Below are positions 13,668 through 25,357 of a stretch of 64,000 bases of DNA, in pieces; position 1 is the stretch's first letter, and each line of letters starts with the position of its first letter. The notes beneath the pieces were generated by a model. The model searched no databases, had not been told where the DNA came from, and saw nothing but the letters and a program-made list of their open reading frames with translations. Source of the stretch: Squalus acanthias (taxonomy: Eukaryota); assembly GCA_030390025.1 (NCBI GenBank), contig CM059432.1, forward strand, positions 55,926,001-55,990,000, written 5' to 3'. The position numbers were made by a program, and so were the translations under genes.

Positions 13668-15212
13668 GTGGGATTTTCCCCTAATTGGGCAATTGATTTC
13701 CTGCGTGTGGGAACCCCTGGCCCATTGAGTCTTTTCATACAGAAAGTCGCCGCCGATGATGTCATAAATGCTGCTGGATTTAAGGCCTGCAAGCAGCCTT
13801 GCTTCTTCTGGAGACTGCAAAGGCTTTGCAAATTGTATGAAGGAGTTGATTTCCCGACAGTGTCCATGATCAAGCAAAAGTGTGCACCTCGGTTTGATGA
13901 GCCCTCCCTCCAAGCTCTGGTGCATGGAGCCAGATGTAATAAGGAGGTGCTGTTCCCTTCCTCGGAGAAAAAAGCCACCCCAGCTGTGTGGCTGCAAGTG
14001 GCCGAGGAGATCAACTCCATTTCAATGAGCCGCAGAACTCCTCGGAGGAAGCTGCAACCTCTGAGGGCGCCGTGTCAGCAGAATTCAGCGCACCCAGCAC
14101 CAGCGCAGATACTCACACCTCGGTGGGACCTTCAAGATAGAGTAGTGTTGGCACCTGGTGTATCACAGATCACAAGTGAGCATCAGCAGATGGTGGAGAC
14201 AGGGACAGCAGTGGAGAGTCCTCGTCGGAGGGCGCAGGACTCTGCCAGCTTGGCTCAGCTGCATGTCGACCCCGTGCCTCCGGGTCCATCCAGAAGGAGA
14301 GCGGTGCTGGAACTCCAGGAACAGGTGCAGGAGTCTCTGGCAGGTTTTGTCTCCAGAGTTGCTGCGAGTGTGGAGCGGATGGAGGAGTCCATTGCGAACA
14401 TGAGCAGAGCCTTTGTGGGGGCATTGGCGCATGAAACCATCACTGCGGAAAGGATGGCTAACTCCGTGGTAAGGCTGGCTACGGTAGAGGAGAGGATGGC
14501 TATGGTAGAGGAGAGGATGGTTACGGCCATGGAGGAGCTTAGTCGCCAGGGTATGGAAAACATGGTAATTGTTCAGACTAGAATGACATCTCTTGAGGAG
14601 CGATGGTCCGCTATTGAGCATACAAATGAGACCTTCATGGAAGTCCTCTGGAGTAGGACTTCCAGTGCAGAAACGGGTCCTCATGGCCCCCCTGAAGTGC
14701 AGCAAGGTGCTGTCAAGCCACTTGCTAGCTCTGAAGTGGGGCTGACGCATGAGAGGGATGTTGGTGGCAGAGAACAAGGAAGTGGGGGCTCCTCTCCAAG
14801 CACTCACTCGACCATGCCACTGCAGAGCCCTCAGTCAGAGCCCCACCAGAGTCCTCATCCAACTGTGATGGGCGTCTCAGCCCCTGCACAGCTGCAGGAG
14901 CAGCAGACTGTTGGCGAGCCCGCACAGGTTCGCCACCCCAGAGGACGGCCGCCAAAGGCGTCGAGACAGGAGCAGCAAGAAAGTGAGCAAGGGGCCTCCA
15001 CATCTGCTGAAGCCACAGGGGAAGCACCACATAGGAGCACGTGTAAGGAAGATAAAGCACAAGTAGTCACAAGGGTTAGTCACTTGGGTGCTGTGATGTT
15101 TTGTATTTGGACCAGCCATCATTGTCATTGTATTATAAACAGATTTGATGGCAAACTGTTGAAGTTGTGGCCTGTGTCATTTCGCAAATGGGACTCTCAC
15201 ATTGAGGGCTAA
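13668..15212 (+). CDS. Harbinger Myb/SANT-like accessory protein ORF (likely ATG 13866; Myb domain truncated, coiled-coil C-terminal part)
   Basis: APRFDEPSLQALV...KEVLFP...AVWLQVAEEINSIS..RRTP resembles the Myb_DNA-bind_5/MSANTD pattern; heptad repeats; PRGRPPK AT-hook-like motif. Confidence 0.6.
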   Translation: MGFSPNWAIDFLRVGTPGPLSLFIQKVAADDVINAAGFKACKQPCFFWRLQRLCKLYEGVDFPTVSMIKQKCAPRFDEPSLQALVHGARCNKEVLFPSSEKKATPAVWLQVAEEINSISMSRRTPRRKLQPLRAPCQQNSAHPAPAQILTPRWDLQDRVVLAPGVSQITSEHQQMVETGTAVESPRRRAQDSASLAQLHVDPVPPGPSRRRAVLELQEQVQESLAGFVSRVAASVERMEESIANMSRAFVGALAHETITAERMANSVVRLATVEERMAMVEERMVTAMEELSRQGMENMVIVQTRMTSLEERWSAIEHTNETFMEVLWSRTSSAETGPHGPPEVQQGAVKPLASSEVGLTHERDVGGREQGSGGSSPSTHSTMPLQSPQSEPHQSPHPTVMGVSAPAQLQEQQTVGEPAQVRHPRGRPPKASRQEQQESEQGASTSAEATGEAPHRSTCKEDKAQVVTRVSHLGAVMFCIWTSHHCHCIINRFDGKLLKLWPVSFRKWDSHIEG

Positions 15213-15325
15213 GGGCACCTTGCAATTGTCAGTCTGGTGGTCCGAGTGATAGGAAACCGCAGGTTCTTGTCCATTGTGGATGCTCTGGTAAGAAGGTGCG
15301 AGACAAAAGTGTTTGATTGTGCAGG

Positions 15326-15552
15326 CTCACCAAATCTGGCCAAGATGAGTGCGTCCCTTGCATCCCGGGCAGCAATGTTGTCGCGCGCTGGCGCCTTCTT
15401 GCCTGTGCAGCTTCAGGTGGTTGACTAGCAGTTTGGCGCTCCTGTTGATGCTCCTGCTGTTGGTGCTGCTGTTGTTCATGGTTCTGCTGCAGCCACGGCT
15501 GGCCTTTGTCCGAATCTGATGTCCAGGAGGAAAGGAATTAAATGGTCGCCAT
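15326..15552 (-). pseudogene. Harbinger transposase relic (N- and C-termini joined, DDE core absent)
   Basis: ATG at 15552, MATI*FLSSWTSDSD..QQQHQQQEHQQERQ..ARRRQR, then in another frame ARDNIAARDARDALILARF, resembling a HARBI1-type C-terminus. Confidence 0.55.
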
Positions 15553-16221
15553 GCTTCTGGTATATGCCTCAGTTGAGGAAGCGCTCAGTCAAGGTGGGGA
15601 GAGGGGTTTCCCAGGAGGTCACACTGGAGATGGGTGTCAGGCTCCAAACTTTCAGAACAATGAGTAGGCCTGCTGAAAGTTCACCCAGACTTGAGACAAC
15701 AAAGTTCTGCCACCTGCAAATGATCATCGGTGAAAACTCCTTTGTAATGGTGAAGCTGCATCTGTTAGTAAGCAATCCAATTGTGAGGCCGCCAGGATTA
15801 CCTGGCGTGTTCCAGAGGAGGCGTGTAAGATGGGGGAAATGTCTAAAAATCGGAAAGGTCTCTCAAAATGGGATAACAGAGACAATTAAGGGGCTGTTAA
15901 GGGCCTTAAGGGCCTATCCCACCTCTTGGAGGTGGGATGGAAAGGGGATCAGAAAACACGCATTTGGGAAAATTGCTCGGAGGCGGGATCGGGCCCGCCC
16001 ACCATTTTTTGCGATTTTACCACCTCGCACGCCTCCAAACCCGCCTCCTCGTGCTTGGCAAAATCGAGCCCGAAGTGTCAGCCCAGATTATGTGCTCAAG
16101 TCCTGGAGATGGGCTTGAACCCAAAACCTTCTGACTTAGGTAAGAGTGCTACTACTGAACGAAAGCTATCACAGGATATTCATCAAATTCTCTGAATAAT
16201 CATTTCAGATTCGATCCTGTA

Positions 16222-17345
16222 CTTTTTTTTATTTATTCACGGGATATGGGTGTCGCTGGCAAGGCCAACAATTATTGCCCATCCCTAATTGCCCTTCAGA
16301 AGGTGGTGCTGAGCCGTCACCTTGAACCGCTGCAGTCCGTGTGGTGAGGGTACTCCCACAGTGCTGTTACGGAGTATGTTCCAGGATTTTGACCCAGCAA
16401 CGATGAAGGAACGACGATATATTTCCAAGTCAGGATGTTGTGTGATTTGGAGGGGAACTTAGAGGTGATGGTGTTCCCATGCATTTGCTGCTCTTGTCCT
16501 TCTAGGTGGAAGAGCTTGCAGGTTTGGGAGATGCTGTTGAAGAAGCCTTGGCAAATTGCTGCAGTGCATCTTGTAGATGGTACACACTGCAGCCACGGTG
16601 TGCCGGTGGTGGATGGAATGAATGTTTAATGTGGTGGATGGGGTGCCAATCAAGCGGGCTGCTTTGTCTTGGATGGTGTTGGGCTTCTTGAGTATTGTTG
16701 GAGCTGCACTCATCCAGGCAAGTGGAGAGTATTCCAACAACAACTTGTATTTTATATAACGCCTTTAACGTAGTAAAACGTCCCAAGGCGCTTCACAGGA
16801 GTATTATAAGCCAAAAGATTTGACACTGAGCCACATAAGGAGAAATTAGGACAGATGACCAAAAGCTGGGTCAAAGAGGTAGGTTCTAAGGAGATTCTTA
16901 AAGGAGGAAAGAGAGGTGGAGAGGTTTAGGCTAGGAATTCCAGAGCTTAGGGCCTAGGCAGCTGAAGGCACAGCCACCAATGGTGGAGCGATTAAAAATC
17001 AGGGATGCTCAAGGGGGCAGAATTAGAGGAGCACAGATATCTTGGAGAGTTGTGGGCTGGAGGAGATTACAGAGATAGGGAAGAGCGAGGCCATGGAGGG
17101 ATTTGAAAACCAGGGTAAGAATTTTAAAATTGAGATGTTGCTTAACCGGGAGCCAATGTAGGTCAACGAGCACAGGGGTGATGGGTGAATGGGACTTGGT
17201 GCGAGTTGGGACACGGGCAGCCGCGTTTTGGATGACCTCAAGTTTACGTAGGTTAGAAGGTTGGGCTTGAGTATTGTTGGAGCTGCACTCATCCAGGCAA
17301 GTGGAGAGTATTCCATCACACTCCTGACTTGTGCCTTGTAGATGG
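16222..17345 (-). mobile_element. Family-B LINE 3' end (16222-16736, 17266-17345) interrupted by an L2 fragment
   Basis: EYSPLAWMSAAPT..IQDKAARLIG matches 38081-38842; 3' tail 'gggcaattagggatgggcaat'. Confidence 0.85.
16737..17265 (-). mobile_element. L2 LINE 3' fragment flanked by a 50-bp duplication
   Basis: KLEVIQNAAARV..HSPITPVLVDLHWLPVKQ..FKIL motif; (TTG)n-type tail at 16737. Confidence 0.85.
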
Positions 17346-17451
17346 TGAATCCTGTACTTGATCATAATATGTTATCAAACTTTTGTAACTCAGTGCAAAG
17401 CAGTGTATTTGTTTAGCATGAGTTAACTAACCATTTTCCTTACTATTATAG

Positions 17452-17601
<150 letters not shown>

Positions 17602-18429
17602 TGATGAAAAGGTGCATTAATAAATGCTAGTCTATTTAAATGTTAATTATGTTGTACAAATTCCAGTTTGAAATTAAAAATCAATGTATACAATTTCATA
17701 CTATTTAATGTGTGGAATTTAGGGAAAAATCAACTTCCCCCATCAAGAATCAGATAAGGAACTGGGAGTCTATAGATGCCTTGTGGCTGCAACAATAAAA
17801 CTTAAGAGTTAACGGTATAACCACCAATGCATGTCGCATTTGGCTAGTTGCTGGCACAAAATCAAAGCTGTCTGAGAGCTTATACTAATTGGCAAAATGA
17901 TCTGACTCCACAAGTATTCCACCCAGCTTGGTGCGCTGTGATCTAGCTTTGCCCTGCAGTAAGTGATTCTCAGCACAGATTTTGCCAAATGTGCAACTCC
18001 GTTCTCGTAGCTCTCGCAACTAAAATAATTTTAAGAGGAAATTCCAGGCCATTGGCTAAACCAAGGCCGGTGAAAATTTGAGTGTGGAATATCTGTTTTG
18101 CATTTTTGAGTATTCTGCAGGCTGGAAACTTTAAAATAAACTCAGCATTAAAATTAGATTAAATCCTTGTTAGGTTAAACATCACATCGCAAACATGACC
18201 CTTTGAGTAACATTGATTTATCCTATCCCAGTACAGTTGGACCATTGGTATTGTGCTTCAACATGCTGAGCTGTCCAATGAGATAGTGTATAACAGAGTA
18301 TTGAAATGAGTTATTGTGATGACTATGATCCAGTGGGTAAATTGAAGTTGTTTGTAATCTGCAGTTCTTGTTTGTCAATGTCCTATTAATATTTACAAAG
18401 CCGAGATTTGAACTGATCTTTAATGGTGA

Positions 18430-19321
<892 letters not shown>

Positions 19322-19978
19322 ATCGAACTGTGAGGAAATGTAGCTCTTTCCAGTGCATTGCTTAAAACACGAAGTAATTGATAAAATAGATCCCATAGAG
19401 GTACAGAACAAATTAGTTCACCTTTTTTCTGGGCTTATCATAACTGGAAGAAACTAATTCAGAGTCTTATTTTAAAATAGTATTGTAGAATGTAAACCGA
19501 GTCCAATCTAATTGTATGAAATCAAATTACAAAAAGGTAGGGTCCTAACCTGAAAGAGGCAAATATTCTTTTCTACCCTCTTTCCGGGTCTCCTACACTG
19601 CTCAAACCTGCAATAGAAAGGAAGTACACAGAGGTTGTGAAACTGTTCTAGAATGTATGAAAGTTTCTCAAAGCATGCAGACTCACATGTAGTCATTTTG
19701 GGAGCCTGTGGATCTCTCAGTTTAACAAAAACATTTACAAAAAAAAGTTTCTGGACAGAAGGACAAAACTCTTCGGAAAATACTGTCATTGGTAGGGATG
19801 AAGAGCACGGTTTTGAAAATTAGCATCATCAGTGGTCTTGGGCCAGCTGTGGCTTGCATTAAAGTTGCAAACAAAGAATTGCTAATGACTTTAATTTAAA
19901 CTGAATTGACTTGAAATGAATATATGATCTGCTTTTATATAAGTGGAGCTGTAGTGCATATACTGTGGTCTTTCCTGA

Positions 19979-20131
<153 letters not shown>

Positions 20132-20520
20132 TAAATGTTATAAAATATGTTATGCTATGTCAATTTTGAAGTTATATTCAAGCCACTGTGTCCTGTTTTT
20201 ATTTTATTTTAGCTGATTCAGAATCTGAATTTGCTTAATTACTGAGGTATAATTACATAGCACAAACTGTTGAATTAGTTCCAAGTAACAGCAGAATTAG
20301 CATTTGGATGTATTCAGAAATACAGTTGGGGATATAATCTTAAATCTTAATTAACCATCAATTTAGTTAAAGCTTGTATTTCAAGGTATAAAGCAAGCTA
20401 TAGGATCCTTTCCACCCATCACATTGTAAATTGTATTCAGTTGCCATCTTAAAAGCACAATCCTTAAAAAAAAAGTAGCTATGAATGAAGAATAATGATG
20501 TGAATGAAGAATAATGATAA

Positions 20521-21055
20521 GGTCATGATTTTAACTTGGAGGTGGGGGGGAGGTGCTGGATTGCGGTTGGGAGAACAGGTTTCCCTCAGGCCTTGCCGAA
20601 TTCAAAGTTTTTTTTCTGTCTTTGCCGGCCCCCCTCCCCCCGGTCCGCAGGCAGCCAGATTGGGAGGCTGGCTGGCTGTCAGGCGGGTAGCCCTGCGGCA
20701 CCATGCTGCAACCGGGGAGCAGAGAGGAGAAATCAGAGGCCGGGATCACGGGTGGGAGGTGTCGGAAGGCCGTTAGTGGGGGTGGGGTGCATGGAAGGCC
20801 GGGATCTGGGGTGGGGGTGGTGGTGGGGGAAAGGGCACAGAAGACCGGGATTAGGGGTGGGGGGAGGGTGCGGAAAGCCTGGGATTTTGGGGTGGGGGGG
20901 CTGAAGGCCGGGATTGGTGGGGGTGATGCGGAAGGCTGGGATTGGCCAGTTGTAGTCGGAAGGCTGGGATCGGGGTGGGGGGCATGGGGTGTTGGACGGC
21001 CGGGTTCGGTGGGGGGCAGGGGCAAGGGATCGGAAGGCTGGAGTGGGGTCCAGGG
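20521..21055 (+). repeat. G-rich degenerate minisatellite, possibly the left part of a truncated MITE
   Basis: About 10 imperfect units of GGAAGGCCGGGAT followed by G-runs; starts TAA|GGTCATGATTTTAAC, loosely TIR-like. Confidence 0.6.
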
Positions 21056-21990
21056 AAATGAAAATAAGGAAATGGCGGCCGTTTTGAATAATTCATTCGT
21101 CAGTATTTACAGTAGAGGAAGAGGTCAGCATGCTGGAACATAAGCAAAATAACAGTAATGAAGAAAATAATGGCACTAAAGAGTGACAAGTCCCCAGGGC
21201 CAGATGGTTTCCATCCCAGGGTTACAAAGGAAGTAGGTGAGAACATTGCAGATGCCCTAATAAAAATCTTCCAAAGTTTTCTCGATTCAGGAGCCGTTCC
21301 TTTAGATGGGAATATTGCGCATGTCACTCCACTATTTAAGAATGGTGAGCGAGGGAAAACCAGGGAATTATAGACTTGGGGATCCAGGTACATTGATCAT
21401 TAAAATGTCATGAACAGGTACAGAAAATAATCAAAAAGGCTAATGGACTGTTGGCCTTTATATCTAGAGGACTAGAATATAAGGGGGTAGAAGACATGCT
21501 TCAGCTATACAAAGCCCTGGTTAGACCACACCTGGAGTACTGTGAGCAGTTCTGGGCACCACACCTTAGGAAGGATATATTGACCTTGGAGGAAGTGCAG
21601 CATAGGTTTACCAGAATGATACCTGGACTCCATGGGTTAAATTACAAGGAGAGATTACACAAACTCGGGTTGTATTCCCTGGAATTTAGATGTTTAAGGG
21701 GTGATTTGATCAAAGTTTTCAAGATATTAAGGGGAACAGATAGGGTAGATAGAAAGAAACTGTTTCTGCTGGTTGGTGAGTCTAGGACTAGGGGGCATAG
21801 TCTAAAAATTAGATTGAAAATCAGGAGTGAAATTAGGAATCACTTCTACACACAAAGGGTGGTAGAAGTTTGGAACTCTCTTCCGCAAACGGCAATTGAT
21901 TCTAGATCAATTGTTAATTTCAAATCAGAGATTGATAGATTTTTGTTAACCAATGGTATTAAGGGATATGGAGCTGATTTGCGACCTAAC
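21055..21990 (+). mobile_element. CR1 LINE fragment with internal deletions
   Basis: KSPGPDGFHPRV..KE and RPHLEYC..FWAP motifs; same subfamily as 48205-50535. Confidence 0.9.
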
Positions 21991-24900
21991 TCCATAGTAA
22001 CTAGCCTAAATATAAACAAAACGGGAGAAGAGAGCATAGGAAAGAATAAAGTAAGGGAGGACATTGATGACAAGGGACTAAATAGAGTTATAGAACAGGA
22101 GTCTAAAAAGATGGTTAAACATAAAGTGAGAGGAAATTCTATTAAAAATGAATTAAATTGTCTGTACAGCAATGCACACAGTGTCCGTAATAAAACAGGG
22201 GAGCTGGAGGCAATCATGCGTTGCGAGGAACCAGACATCGTAGGGATTACTGAGACATGGCTACAGAAAAATCAGGACTGGGAATTAAACATTGCAGGGT
22301 ATAACATATTTAGAAAAGATAGAAAAGGGAAAAAGGGGAGGTGGAGTAGCTGTACTTATTGGGGATAACGTAATGGCAATAGAAAAAAGTGACACAACTA
22401 TCAGCAAGACAAAAATAGAATCCATATGGATAGAGATGAGAGATAATAAAGGATCAATCACACTAATAGGTGTAGTCTACAGACCACCTAATAGTGGAAG
22501 GGAGGTAGAGGAAGAAATGTGCAGACAAATGAGGGAAATGAATAAAAAACATAGAATAATAATCATCGGGGATTTCAACTACGCCGATATTAATTGACCA
22601 GAAGAGGTAGGTAAAAGGGATAAGGGAATGGAGTTCCTACAATGTGTACAGGACTTCTTTCTAACCCAATATGTAAAAAGCCCAACAAGGGAGGATTCGC
22701 TATTGGATCTAGTAATGGGGAATAAGAACATAAGAAATAGGAGCAGGAGTAGGCCACTCGGCACTTCGAGCCTGCTCCGCCATTCAATAAGATCATGGCT
22801 GATCTGATCCTCACCTCAAATCTAAAGAACACAAAAAGTAGGAGCAGGACCCGGCCACTCAGCCCCTGGGCCCGCTACGCCACCCACAGGGCCTCGACTG
22901 ATCCGAACTCCGCCTCCTGTCCAATTTCCTGCCCGCTCCCCGTAACCCCTAATTCCCTTTACTTCCAGGAATGAACCAGAGCAGATAAGAGAAGTAAAAG
23001 TAGGGGAACATCTAGGCAATAGTGACCATAATATAATACGCTTTAAGATGATAATTGAGAAGGACTAAGTATGACAAAAACCAGGGTAATAGATTGGAGA
23101 AAAGCTGATTTTGAAGGGCTGAGAATAGAACTTGGGAAAATAAAATGGGCAACAATATTGGCAAACAACAATGTAGAACAGCAATGGGGAACATTTAAAA
23201 TGGCGTTGAACAGAGTGCAGGAACAATATATTCCACTAAAAGGAAAGAACAAACTAAACACCAATGAGACTCCAGGGATGAATAAAGCCATAAGGGAATA
23301 ATTGAGGGTAAGCAAAGAGGCATACATCAAGTACATAGACAGCAGGGGAGTGCATGATAAGGGACAATACGAAGATATTAGGAGAGAAGTCAAAAAAACA
23401 ATTAGGAAGGCAAAGAGGAACTATGAAATTAAATTATCAAGGAACAAATCAAAATAGTAAAATATTTTACAGGCACATCAATAAAAAAAGGAAGGTTGGG
23501 ATGGGAATATGGCCATTAAGGGTAATACCACAGGTAACGATAGATGGCAGAAATATTAAATAATTATTTTGCTTCAGTATTTACCAGGGCGATAGAACAG
23601 GTGGATATGACATTGGATGATGATTAGAAATCAGATAAGTGCATTTAAAATAAAAAGAGGGGATATATTAAATAAACTAATCAAACTCAAAGAGGATAAA
23701 ACCCCTGGTCCGGATGGATTGCATCCACGCATTTTAAAAGAATCTAGGGAAGAGATAGCTGAGACATTACTACACAAATTTAATCATTCTTTAGAAAAAG
23801 GTGTAGTGCCAGAGGACTGGCAGATAGCTAATGTAATTCTTATATTTAAGAAGGGGGATGGAACATGTTCAGGGAATTACAGACCAGTCAGCTTAACATC
23901 AGTGGTAGGAAAAATAATGGAATCCCTACCTAAAGGAGAAAATAGAAGAACATCTAGAAATCAAAAACATAGTAATGAATAGTCAGCATGGATTTCAAAA
24001 GTGAAAGTCTTACTTGACCAACCTCATTGAATTTTTTGAAGAGGTAGCAGAGAGAGTATACAATGGTAATGCAGTAGATGTAATTGATCTAGATTTTCAA
24101 AAGGCCTTCGATAAGGTACCCCATAATAGACTGATGAACAAGGTCAGAGAATGCGGAGTTGGGGGACAAGTAGCAGAATGGATAGATAGCTGGCTTCAAG
24201 ACAGAAAGCAGAGAGTAGGGGTAAAAGGTAGCTATTCACAGTGGCAGAAGGTGGGCAGTGGTGTTCCACAAGGATCAGTGCTGGGAGCACTGTTGTTCAC
24301 AATTTATATCAATGATTTAAACTTTGGAATCAAAAACACAATTTCTAAATTTGCGAATGACACCAAATTGGGGGTGGGGGGGGCGGATAGTCAGTACTGA
24401 GGAGGACTGCAACAAATTACAGGAGGACATTAATACACTTGCAGAATGGGCATATAATTGGCAAATGAAGTTCAACACAGATAAATGTGAGGTATTACAT
24501 TTTGGTAGGAAGAATAGGGAGGTCACTTAGTACTTGGAGGGTGCAAGTCTAGGTGGGGTAGAGGAACAAAGGGATCTCAGAGTACAAACACACACATCAC
24601 AAAGTTGCAACACAGGTTAGCAAGGCCATAAAAAAAGCAAACCAAGCACTAGGGTTTATTTCTAGAGGTATAGAATTGAAAAGTAGGGAAGTTATACTAA
24701 ACCTATATCGAACCTTGGTTAGACCACACTTTGAGTACTGTGTACAGTTCTGGTCGCCATATTATAAAAAGGATATAGAGGCACTGGAGAGGGTGCAGAG
24801 AAGATTTACAAGGATGATATCAGAAATGCGAGGGTATACATACCAGGAAAGGATGAACAGGCTGGGTCTCTTTTCTCTTGGAAAAAAGAAGGCTGAGGGC

Positions 24901-25265
24901 TGACCTAATAGAGGTCTTTAAAATTATGAAAGGTTTTGATAGAGTGGATACAGAGAGAATGTTTCCACTAGAGGCCATCAATATAAGATGGTCACCAAGC
25001 AATCCAACAGGGAATTCAGAAGAAACTTCTTTACCCAAAGAGTGGTGAGAATGTGGAAGTCACTACCACAGGGAGTGGTTGAAGCGAAAAGTATAGATGC
25101 ATTTAAGGGGAGGCTAGACAAGCATATGAGGGAGAAGGGAATAGAGGGTTTATGCTGATAGCTATAGATGAGGAAAGACAGGAGGAGTCTCGAGTGGAGC
25201 ATAAACACCAGCATGGACTGGTTGGGCCAAATGGCCTGTTTCTGTGCCGTATATCCTATGTAACT
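21991..25265 (+). mobile_element. CR1 LINE with near full-length decayed ORF2 (APE endonuclease + RT) and 3' UTR
   Basis: LNCLYSNAHSVRNK, GITETW, YRPPN, GDFN, PGPDG, YRPVSLTS, DFQKAFDKVPH, GVPQGSVLG, KFANDTK; many stops and frameshifts. Confidence 0.93.
22724..22967 (-). mobile_element. Short CR1 3'-tail insertion with duplicated (dimeric) tail
   Basis: Two tandem 'aagaac..aggagcagga..ggccactc' modules between GGAAT direct repeats inside the host CR1. Confidence 0.75.
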
Positions 25266-25357
25266 ACTGGAAACTGTATGCATCTACATAACCTGTCCCA
25301 TAATTTCATAATTTTAAACACTTTTATCATATTGCCCTGTAATTTGAATTGTTCTAA

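Larger units (their letters stand above)
13580..16071. mobile_element. PIF/Harbinger DNA transposon, internally deleted (2492 bp)
   Basis: TIRs GGGCTGGATTTTGCCA / TGGCAAAATCGAGCCC (15/16 match), GAA TSD at 13577-79 and 16072-74, convergent Myb-like ORF and transposase relic. Confidence 0.88.
13318..16165 (-). mobile_element. DeuSINE copy split by the Harbinger insertion (13318-13579 and 16075-16165)
   Basis: SINE sequence 'actgtactgaa|gtgtcagcccagattatgtgctcaagtcc' is continuous once the Harbinger is removed. Confidence 0.75.

Noticed and set aside
20504..21143. Pro-rich and Gly-rich ORFs
   Set aside because: Arise from low-complexity G-run DNA that lacks stop codons.
21451..22368. 305-aa ORF
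   Set aside because: Chance read-through from the RT C-terminus of one CR1 into the endonuclease start of the next; domain order is reversed.
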